A DNA stretch of 51,505 nt, filler included, from Streblomastix strix (taxonomy: Eukaryota): the NCBI GenBank assembly GCA_008636045.1. It is 3 parts of 3 records of this genome, joined end to end, with 100 filler letters (N's around TTAATTAATTAA, not from the genome) between each part and the next. Parts side by side here need not be neighbours in the genome. Positions count along the whole stretch, not along the records: positions 1 to 17,106 come from SNRW01000724.1; 2 more parts are not named here. One strand, given 5' to 3'. This document shows positions 1 to 10,768 of the stretch, piece by piece. Under the pieces are notes generated by a model. That model saw only the letters and a list, made by a program, of their open reading frames with translations. It was not told the DNA's origin and ran no database searches. Each line of letters starts with the position of its first letter. Within the stretch, counting starts at the first letter, position 1. Position numbers and translations under genes: made by a program.

Positions 1-96
1 GCAATCAATTAATGGCAGACCAATCAACGATGGAACAAAATGGCTGTTCCAATCTAGTGTGTATGTGCTAGCGCTATGGATAAATTGAGTGATTTG

Positions 97-584
97 TCTA
101 TATGGAACAAATTCCGGAACGGAACGAATCCTGAAATCTGCAGGAATAATTTGGCTGCCATAGCCATATGCCATATTTGTTAAATCGTTGATGATTGATC
201 TAAACATGAAGAGCTAGTGAACAATTGACTAAAATTCATTAATTTATGACTATTATATGAATTGATTAATGGCGAGTACCTAAATTCATCATTTCAAATC
301 TGTTCCATATAGATATTTAATTTAAAACTGAATGAGTCTAAACATTTTACGGATCCTTCAATATATTTGTGAATCTCTATATGGAACAGATTTGAAATGA
401 TGATCTTCGGAGGCTGACATAATTTGATTATCATGGCAGTGTATGGATGTACAATTTAGGTTGATTGTTCGCTAGCTGTTCAAATTAACAAATATATTGA
501 AGAATATGGCTAATAGCAGATATGGTACTACTTTTTCGACAGGCTCTCTAGTTTCTGTTACGTTCCAGAATCTGTTCTATATCT
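97..584. repeat. Long imperfect palindrome (foldback) centred near 344
   Basis: Perfect 28-bp inverted repeat 286-313 (TCATCATTTCAAATCTGTTCCATATAGA) / 376-403. Outer arms also pair imperfectly: ~212-236 with ~452-476, and ~97-130 with ~551-584. Confidence 0.75.
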
Positions 585-789
585 CTAATCCTATAAATTT
601 ATAGGTAATTATATAAGATTCTAGCATATCAACACTAAATACAACAAAATTCATGGAATAATTTGGAAAAAATCGAAATAGATGGAACAAATTGCCAGCT
701 ATAAAGTTTTTTATCATTATTATCTCATTCATTAATAGGAAAACATTAACGAGAAGCAAAAGAAATATTCATTAATCACTGCTATTTTC

Positions 790-978
790 TCAAATCTATC
801 TTAATTTACCTTATTTATCAAATTATCTCGCTTCATTAATGTAGTATCTTATTTGTTTCTTTGCTTATTTTTATGAGATCTTACCTGTAGATAAATCCAT
901 TACTGTTTCTATTCTTGCGTAAGTTTTGTATCGTTACTCTCTCTATTCTCTTGATAGTTGTAATTCGTTTTATGACAT
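790..978 (-). CDS. Small hypothetical basic protein (62 aa) of the older Polinton-like element
   Basis: ATG-to-TGA frame under TAR=Gln (MSQNELQLSREQREQRYKTYARIETVMDLSTGK...), co-oriented with neighbouring element genes. No motif recognised. Confidence 0.3.
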
Positions 979-1099
979 TTATTACTTAAAATAATTTTGA
1001 ATAATTAACTTAATCATTAACTTATATATTAACTCATACATTAACTAACGAATTGACTCAAAAATTAATCCAAAAATAAATGTTCTAAATCAATCAAAA

Positions 1100-1567
1100 T
1101 CAATCAAATTCGATTTCTTACATTGTATTATTACGTTTAAGTATATCATTGATTTAAAGCAGATCTTACATGTTACTTATAACAATTTTCTGAAGATATC
1201 GTATCAAGAGTAATTGTAAATCATTTGCTTGAACACGGAAGTTTTAGTGTTGTATTCTATAACGTTATTGAGCATGTTAACGTTGTTCCGCTGCAATACG
1301 TTCTACTTGTTCCTGCGAAGTGTATTTTTTAGGTCTACCTCTTAATTCTACTTTGCTTTAGCAAAAGCCAGCTAAGTTGACTCATTGTTATTCTTTTTAT
1401 TCAACTTACGTTTGAACTAATGACGGATCATTACTAAAAGGTGTCTGATCTATTAATGGAGCATGAATAACATCATCAATATGACTGGATTATGTTTCAA
1501 TCAATTACGGAACTTGTTTCTTTGATTATCTTTTACGGATTTGATTTTCTTTGTTTTTCGTTTGCAT
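1100..1567 (-). pseudogene. Hypothetical protein with AT-hook-like motif (RGRPKKY), one internal TGA
   Basis: 156-codon frame starting 20 bp after the integrase stop. In-frame TGA at 1382-1384; ...LRGRPKKYTSQEQVERIAAEQRQHAQQRYR... downstream. Confidence 0.4.
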
Positions 1568-1586
1568 TTGCTTTTAACAAAAACAG

Positions 1587-2972
1587 TCAAACACTAATAT
1601 TAAATTAACTTTTATAGTTTAAAAGTAATGAATTAACGTCTTCACTAATGAATTTACAATAATAAATTGATAACTCAATAACTTTAAGCTTATCAATTGG
1701 ATTCAATAATCTGCATACAACTTCAACATTCTTATAAATAATGAATGTAGCTAACTCATTGAACTAACGTCTTTACTTTTAAAATTTACTAGGTAATCTA
1801 GAGACATCTGCGTGAACCGCTAACATATTTCCATTCTTAAAATCAAACAAATTCTCTTGTTATTATCTTATCATTACTTATTCCAATTATGCTTATTTTT
1901 ATCTTATGAATTTACCTTCTAATTCTCTATTATACTATACTTATATAGGAGTAAATTTATTCAAAAATGCGAGATGAAGGGTTTTGTTATAAATCTCTAC
2001 CATTAATTTCATCTAACTAGGTGATGCTAATCCTTACAAATCTTATCCAAATCCATTTCTGATTGTACGAATGACACTATCAACTACTCTATTGTGCTAT
2101 GTAAACTGAGAACCAGTAAAGTAAAATGTAATCCTGTTATCATTGCAAAATTTCCTAATAATATTTAATTTAAATCCACTTTCATCATCATCTCTTATGA
2201 TCTTAACATATACCTATTTAATGAGTTTCATTAATGCGTCTAGTATATATTTTGCATTATTTTCATCTACAATTAATGGAATCACAACTAAATATTTTGT
2301 ATTAATGTTAATCGCGAACAGATAATGCTATCTTCTTTGAGTTACTGGATTAATACAAAATATAAGATCAATTTCCCATGATCCTAGTTTTGGAGAGAAG
2401 TACGGACGTTACAGCTTAGATAATGGTTTTACTTTAATATCTTTTATTTATGTTGAGTTCGTTATCTTTACCTAGTTAATCTTTTCATATTATTTGAAAT
2501 TATACTTAAACGGAAATTACGATAGTGGTGCTGGTGATTGGCCTATTCTTTTAATTTATTCAGTAACATGAGCTCTATTTGTTTCTTATCTTCTAATAGA
2601 TTTATCTCGTTTCAATGGTGCATTATACCTTTATGCTTCAGTTTAATATATTATATACCATGCCAATAATGTCTTTCCACCAATTTATGCATCATTAAAA
2701 TGATTAATTAATACGTTGTATTCAACTTTATTTGGAGTAATTCGCATATTTGAAACAAACTCTGCAAACTTCATAATATAATTATTTGAATTAACTAATC
2801 GTGTGAGTAAATTTTCCATATTCTATGCTTCATATGCAATGTTCTCATCAGTTTACGCGAATTCCATTAACAATACCTAATAAATTTAATCTTAATCAGC
2901 CTATATTAGTCTATTCATTTTCTATTCAAAAATAATTCTATGATCAATGGTAGATCTTCGAACCACATTCAT
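1587..2972 (-). CDS. Retroviral-type (rve) Polinton integrase, 461 aa, DD35D triad (third, divergent copy)
   Basis: Uninterrupted ATG-TGA frame under TAR=Gln. Motifs RPYFSPKLGSWEIDL, YLFAININTKYL, IRDDDESGF, FTGSQFTQHNRVVDSVIRTIRNGFG, YNKTLH. Clearly homologous to 9374-10768. Confidence 0.9.
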
Positions 2973-3936
2973 ATTTAATTGCTGCTTACCAAATAGCTTT
3001 CCAGATGGATTTCCAATCAATGTTCAATGATTCTAGTATTTTAATTTCTATAGTTATATTAGCGGATAATGGTTCAAATAATGATTCGAATGGCATTTTC
3101 AAAAGCCAAAAATAAATCAATCATTCATCAATCTTCTCAATGATATCTTTCAATTCTTCTTTATAATTGTTTCGCGCATCATCTTATTCCTCTAGCACAT
3201 TGTGTAATTTATTCTATTAAATATTTTCAACATTTAGATCAATTATCTCTTTGTTTATCTTTTACTTCAGTTTCTTTTCATTGATTTATTATGTTCTATC
3301 ATGTTCGAAGTTACTTCTAATTTATCTTAATATCGATTCAATCCTACCATTATCCCTTATAAATGCATTGATAGTTAACATAATGCTCTATTTTCATTCA
3401 TTGAATCTATACATTATCCAAGTTTTTCGATTGTATCTTTATATCATTATTCATTCATTTTGAATTGATTAAAAATAAAACATCCACTATTTCATTTATA
3501 TAAACGGTTTATTTATGCTATATTGCAAAATAACCAGTGTACGCTGAAATCATGAATAACCCCATAGTTTCTATTTTCGATGGTAAAATTGCTTAATAAC
3601 TAGTTTATTTTATTAATTTCCTTGATATTTTATTAAAATACACCATTTTACCAATTTATAAATTTTTTAGTGCACCAAGAGCGCCAGTTGCAATCGTTTT
3701 TTAAAAAATTGGAGATTTGCAGGCATTTCACTATCACACTTCACTTTTCACATCAAAGTCATAATATTAACACTACAAATTAATACCTTATTACTTAAAT
3801 TTATATTTTGCATATATTTTTCATTTTTGCAATAAAAGCATTTTTTCCCTGTTTTTCAGCGCACTTGTGATAATTTCATAATATAATAGTTGTTAATTGT
3901 GATATACAAATATATAAATTAGTTTTAGTAGTTTTA

Positions 3937-4008
3937 ACGATCTTAGCTTAGTGGGATGAATTGGTGGTCAGTTAACTGGAGGTAGTGGATTTGAGACCCA
4001 ACATGCGG
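3937..4008 (+). pseudogene. Degenerate tRNA-like sequence (Asn GTT-like) or tRNA-derived SINE head
   Basis: A-box-like TAGCTTAGTGG, then CA-GTT-AA, AGGT variable loop and B-box-like GATTTGAGACCC at tRNA spacing. Stems pair poorly. Confidence 0.3.
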
Positions 4009-4546
4009 GGTTTTTTCGACTATTGGAAAAAGACCTAAAATGCAAAATTCTGAAAAAAAAATTTATTTTTCATTTTTGACAAATTTTTAAATACCCAAAT
4101 TTTAAAAAATATTTTTTTGATGTTAGCTCCAATAAAATATTGATATAATGAAATTTAATATTATTTATTTACATTATTCAGAATTTAAGCCAGAAAACGC
4201 AGTACGACAATAAATGCACACTAGAGCTCTGATTGATGAATACTATTTTTCTAATTTAATTTGAATCATTAACTAAAATTAATTATATTTTAAACATCCA
4301 TATTATAATTCATTTGCAGGTCGAATGCTTTTGGAACACTCATTTTTATTTTTCAACTTACCGATTTGCAATTATTTCTCTATAACAATTTTATTTATTA
4401 TTGATTTTCATTTATCGTACACATTTAGTTAAGTTACAGTTAATTTTTTGTTAAATTCATTCATTCACTTACACATTCTATTCATTCAAATTTTGTAAAA
4501 ATAAATTGCATCACACGATTAAAAAATAAATGTGTTATATAATAAA

Positions 4547-7500
4547 TCATTTAATAAAATATTTATCAGTATTAATACCAAATATGAATGGTAAATAAGA
4601 TTAATTGGGTAGTACAATCATTTTTGTGTAACTTCCAGTTATTGCATTTTTTCCATCTTCAACCTGCTCATAACACTTTTTCTCTATACTAATGTTGTAT
4701 TGATGGCAGTAGTTATCTTACCTTCTTTAATAATATCCACAAATGTTTATTCATTAATTTATGGATTCTAATCAAGAATTACTCCTTTCAAAACAATTTC
4801 ATCATTAATAATGAAATTTTTTGGAGATAATGCTATGCAATTATAGCCATATTTCACAATACTAATATGCAATATCTATTTTTATCCATTATCACAATAT
4901 ACACTATCCATCTATTTATCGTTGAACTATTTATTTTTAGTAGCTGCATCAAATAATTATTTACGACCACGGTTTGAATCTCCATTAATTGCCCATATCA
5001 AACTATCTGTGTCTCCTTGTACAAAATACATCCTACTCATATCGTATGCTTTATGCATGAAATTATATATAAAATTTACATACCAGAATTTTGCTGAATC
5101 ATGTACGAAGTAAGGAACTTATAAACATGCATTACATCTACAGTTTTGCTTGTCCACCGATACAGCGTATAGATCATCATTTAATTCAGTTGAATGAATA
5201 AAGCCACTCATCATATGTTGTACAAATGTTTTATTAGCCGAAAATAGTTTCGTATTAGAGTATTTTACTGAGTTAAGTGCATCATCACCGCAAGCTGAAT
5301 TCAAAATTAATTTACAGAATTATCCCAATCCTTCATTCTTAACATCTTTTGCTTGTTATCTCATGTTCATAAATTCCTTCACAAATGGGTTGAAATTAGT
5401 ATGGTAACTATCTCATCAATTATGAATTGTCATGTATCCATTAATAGCCATAAATAATAATTATTGAATGACATTATCTAATCAATTGTATCGATTAAAT
5501 TTGTTAATTTCCTTTCTACTTTATTGTGCGGAAGTTGATGTTCAACTAGATGATTATACATAAATTCTCCGATTGTTTACTTAATAATAGTTATATCAAT
5601 ATGTGCGCTTCCATTCACAAACAATCTACTATTTTTTTTAATTTTAAAAAATTTAAAATAAATTTATAAACAAAAATTGGTTTTGCAAACATTTAGATTT
5701 GCATCCTCTGAAAAATTAAGCAAAAAATATATTCATGTTTTTTCAAAAGCAGAAAGCTAATATTATAATTAAATTTTTATTTTAAAAATTTTTTAAAATT
5801 TTTTCAGATATATTGAAGGACAAAAACCACATTTTCAGCGGAACAGATTCGTGAAAACCGTTTTTTTTATAATTTTTCGTTTTTTCGGCCCATTTCATGC
5901 TTAATTACTATTTTTTTTGTAAAATACTTTATTTATATTTATTTATTAAAATTTGAATCAATAAAAATTAAAATTATTACTATACTTATTGGCGAAATTT
6001 CAATTTAAATTTTTTTTTGTAAAATCCGTGTGCAAATTTTGAGAAAAATTAAAATGAATAATTGTAAAATAAATATATTAATGTTTAATATATTAAATTA
6101 TAATAATTGATGAATTTGAAATGATGCGTAGAGTAAAAAATCGAAAATACAAAAATTTTCTGTTTTCGCGAACGCATGCCGCTAAAAACGCAGTAATTGT
6201 CCATCAATGTATCTGAAAAAATTTATAAAAAATTTTAATAAAAATTAAATAATAATATTACTTGTATGATGACAAAAAAAATTAAATTATAATTTTTGCT
6301 CGATTTTATAGCGGAGTCAAATCGAAAAATTTGCAACTCCAGCTATTGTTCAAAAAATTATTTTAAATATTTATAAATAAAAAAATATGAAGTGATCCTA
6401 CTGAATGGACACTCCCATATTACGTAATATTGGACCTCAGTTGATAACTTCAATAATATATTGTTCATCAGTGCGACCTCTAACTTCAGCAACAAATAGT
6501 AACATTTTATCAACCACTAACGCATCTTCAGATAATCTATTAGCATCATATATCAACTATCTACATCTATCTTAATCCGTTACTCTTTCAATAAGTTATG
6601 CTGGCATGAATATTGTGTGATTAGTGTATGGAATTAACATATTCATTTCTCGACTCATAACTCTTGGATGTTAATTGTGAAAATCTAGCTACGCAACATG
6701 AATTTAAACGTAATCTGAATCTATTGAATAAACACATATATTTTCCTAATCAAACTCGAAGTGATTTATTATTGTTTATACAACAATATTATATCTATGC
6801 ATCACTTAAGATATACCACCTGTGATACCATTCCGCAATAATTGATATCTTTCATCACTAATCAATGTCATAGGTAACTGTTTAAGTAGCGCATATTTCC
6901 TTAATTATATCATTAATCTCATCTAATTTACATCTCTATTAGCCTTACATGTATTGCAATATAAACAACATGGAAGTACGTTATCTTTTGAATGACTTAA
7001 CTTATTATCTATTCTATTTAATGTTGGCCTATTTTTCCATGTAAATCTCGCATTACACATGTGACATCGTTAGTTCTTGAATAATTTTTTAAAATAATAA
7101 TAATCATTAATCGTTACGTTATTGCTTGAATCTCTATTCCTTTTATTATCTTATTCATTATAACTATCCACTTTAGCCCTCCAATAACAATATGTAATTT
7201 CAATTGATTTAGCAATACATTCTGAATTATAATCATCATTAATATCGAAACCATTATATGGCATAGAATACGTGATTGCAGTAGAGCATTACTACATTGA
7301 TATATTGGCTAGCATTGCCACTTTATATTTGAACATCATATCAATGAAATAATCAATAGGTTCAATCAAAATTCTAATATCAAGTATGTTATAATGCTTC
7401 AAATAATCCCATCTGTTAGTGAATTGAGCAGCATCGATCAAATATGCTTAAAATTTTGCATCACTTAACTTCTTATTTCGCAATTGGTTATCAAATGTTT

Positions 7501-9056
7501 CTATAGGAAATGGTTCACTTTTATTCAGTTCTTCAATGCAGTTATTAATGTTAATGAATTCATGTGGAAAACGACCTTTCAAATATGATCCGTTGTCGAA
7601 ATCTCTTACAGCATCCTTTAACTTATGTTTCATAGAATAGATCTTAAAATCAACGAATCTTAATTAAATGCTTGAATATTAATGCTTGACAATTATCTAT
7701 TTTGCAATTGAGTTTTATCCTAAATACTTCGAGATAGTCCAATTTTTTGATTTCAAATTCTTGAACAAAACAGATGTATCAAATTTAGCAGAATTGAATC
7801 CAATTACAGGTACTTCATAATATTATGGTATTGTTTCATCATTATATTTATTGTCTTTTTTAACTTGTTTTGCTTCTTCGAATAGTTACTTTAACCACTT
7901 ATCTAAGAAATTGTCTGTTCGAATATGAAAATAAAATGAATGTATAACATTAGCCAATTTGAAAGTTAATGCGATAGCATATGGAATTAACGTAGCAGTA
8001 ATTTATGAACAATCACCAAATTTTTCATTGACTTTCTTCTCTAAAGTTTCAATATTATATGTTATGTAATATTGAATAGGTTTGAACAAATGAGTTAAAT
8101 TATTCGCTAATAGATACTTGTAAGCCTTGTTAGATAATATATGTGGAACAAACGGTTTCGCAAATTTCTCAATAATGACCTTTTTAACAATTTTTCCATT
8201 ATTCTTTTGACATTTTTTCATATGATTCTCATATGTACTTATAGATTTTTATCCCCTATTCTGAATGCTTACCTATGGCATATGTTGCAATATCGAAATC
8301 CAGTTAATGCTTCAACATCAGATATGTACATAATGTGCACGTTAATTCCATCATTAAAGAATAGGATATTGAATTGTTTGGCTTAATCATTAACAAGATA
8401 ATTTTATGTTAATTCATAGTGCAGAGGATCACTTTCATAGGTATACATGTGTATGTTAACTTATTTTTTATTAATAAAGTTATCGATATCATTAACAAAA
8501 TCGAATCCTTTATAAATATCGGGAAATTCCTATCCCAGAACACCATTAAATATATGTTTAGCATCTGCAATTATTGAACTATCTTTCCATCGTTTATCCT
8601 TTGTATTAGGCATATTAATGAATGAATATGCGGTCCAAAAACATAGATTTACCTTACAATCTACATAATATATATTTCTTCGATTAATGAGTTGCTTTAA
8701 TGACGGAATAGCTGCACCTGCGAGAGGATAGCGAAATGCAAAGAACATTATTGAGAATATAACTACGATTTTTTCATGAGTATCAGTGTTAGTTCTTTCA
8801 TACATACTTCCTATAACTGTTGGAAGATATTATTTGAATGTGTTAATGTTATCCTATGATCTCATTTCCATTGGTGCTCTTCATTCAGAGTTTGCGTTAA
8901 CTGGAAGCACATATTTGTATTAAATTGTCTACTGTTACGCGTTACCATTAGCACTTTCAATTATCACTCCTAAATCAACAGCTAGTTTGAATATCATACC
9001 TTTCTCTTTTTTATATACCGCATCTAATAATTAATAAACATGTGCCAATGAAGATA
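4547..9056 (-). pseudogene. Protein-primed family B DNA polymerase (divergent paralog), 5'-truncated by nested insertion and split by a MITE
   Basis: OTU-like NLCFW...VHIMYI; CNIC Zn finger; ExoI YNIETLE, ExoII GFNSAKFD, ExoIII HYNILD; HNH CHMC..TLNRIDN..HSKDN..CLYCN; motif B KLILNSACG; motif C QGDTDS. Degraded motifs and in-frame TGAs. Stop at 4547-4549. Confidence 0.9.
5603..6416. mobile_element. 814-bp non-autonomous TIR element (MITE) with 4-bp ATAT target-site duplication
   Basis: Imperfect TIRs of ~260 bp (GTGCGCTTCCATTCAC... / ...CTGAATGGACACTCCC). ATAT at 5599-5602 and 6417-6420. Removing the element plus one TSD restores the PolB frame (...PILRN-IDIT...). Confidence 0.9.
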
Positions 9057-9386
9057 ACTACTACAGGATGGTGTTTTTCCAGAGCCTTAACTTTTTCCCA
9101 ATGTTTGGGGGTCTAATCTCCACGATTTTAGCCAAAAAGGTCATTCTGGACAATTAACCCTTAATATCAACGATTCTAACCGATATTTTGGATGATTCTA
9201 ACACATTGATTTTGAAAGGTACTTATAAGCATGAATCTCATCGATTATTTGAAAATAGAAGTTACGGAAATTCAATCCTTAGTATCAAGGGATTGTACCT
9301 TTGGTGACAACGTAGTTGCTAACAAACACAAAAATAATTTGAACATTGATTGAGATAAATTATTAGAGAACAAATGGTAAAAGCGC
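9057..9386 (+). repeat. Left terminal inverted repeat (330 bp), copy 1
   Basis: Reverse-complement match to 16878-17106 and homology to both TIRs of copy 2. Contains repeated ACGATTCTARC-like motifs and the integrase ATG. Confidence 0.92.
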
Positions 9387-10768
9387 TGACCGAGCAATAA
9401 ATTTTATTCAATATTATTAAGAAATATTATTTTGTGGCGACTGATTAATCAGATAATGATGCGTTAAATATATAGCAATAAATCACACATCTAGCCAGAG
9501 GGGAGGAATTATTGAATCTATAGAGCTTCATCATACAACTCAAAATATTTAAAACCAAACGAGAATAATAAATGGTATTGAATATCGTGGAGAAAGTAAT
9601 TATTGGAGAAAAACCTATTGCATAATGGTATGAAATTTATGTATAAGAAGCTAGACAATATAATGTGCCAAAACGAGGGAAAAGTGGTCGTTCCAAACTT
9701 ATCAAATTAAAAGATGAGGATGAATATGCAGATTAGTTAAGTGAATAAGAAAATAAAACAGTTAAGATTGTTAAATTTCCTTGGAAAACTAAAGTGAAAT
9801 CATATGCTAAAATCAATAATGTTGAGCCATAAGAAATTCAACAAAGAGTCTAAGATTATTAAATAAAACCATTAAAGTAATTTCATCGACCATACTTTAG
9901 TAACTAGTTTGGTTCTTGGGAGATAGATTTAGTGTATGAACGAAATAACAAAAATAGAGAAGTGAATTATTTATTTGCAATTAATGTTAATACAAAATAT
10001 TTGATTGTGCTTCCAATTATTAATAAATCAGCATCTCAAGTAATAAATGCATTGAAGAAACTTATAAATTAATAGTACGTAACTAACATAAGAGGTGATG
10101 GTGAAAGATCATTCAAAGGTAAGGATGTACAATAATTCTTAGAAGAGTAAGGAATTTAGTGCTTTTTCACAGGATCACAGTTCACGTAACACAATAGAAT
10201 AGTTGATTCAGTTGTTAAGACTATTCGTAATGGATTTGACACAAGCAGTAATGATTTTGTTGATCCTGAAAAATTATAATAATTAGTCTATATCTATAAT
10301 AAGACCCCACATCTATCGTATGATAATAAATTTTCATCTGAGGAAGTGTAGTATAATTCAGATATTGAAGAAGCATTCATTAGAATGAAGGAATAAGAGT
10401 TAAATGCTATTAAACAAAAATAAAAAGCAGAAGGATTATTCGATTTTAAACAAGGTAATGTATTAATGATTCATCTTGATTTATCAAAGACTGCTTTCTC
10501 TTATATGAAACGAAGAAGATAGTTCAATGAGCTAGCTGAGTTCATAGAATATATGAACGGTAATGTAGTATGCAAACTATTACAATAATTCATATCATAA
10601 CATTAAAAATTATCAGTAGTTGAAGTGCCAATATACTACTGCAAGAAAGTTAGCGAAAACATAGATTCATTACTCAATGTTTATTTATAAGAGTTCGATA
10701 TAACTTTTGAAAAATAAATAAATGATCAAATGTAACGATAGTTAGAAGCATCAACTCCAAAAATTTGA
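9374..10768 (+). CDS. Retroviral-type (rve) integrase, 464 aa, DD35D triad
   Basis: Intact frame under TAR=Gln: FGSWEIDLVY, YLFAINVNTKYL, IRGDGERSF, then 35 residues to HNRIVDSVVKTIR, YNKTPH. Its 3' end overlaps the convergent polB 3' end by 43 bp. Confidence 0.93.

Larger units (their letters stand above)
790..9056 (-). mobile_element. Older, decayed Polinton-like element (co-oriented pPolB, small ORFs, integrase), interrupted at 9057 by the 8-kb element
   Basis: pPolB and integrase homologues on the same strand 1.6 kb apart. Termini not defined, so grouping them as one element is inference. Confidence 0.6.

Noticed and set aside
3120..3460. Small minus-strand coiled-coil-like ORF upstream of the third integrase (and another near 4270-4490)
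   Set aside because: Short, interrupted by TGA and motif-free. With a single stop codon such frames arise by chance.
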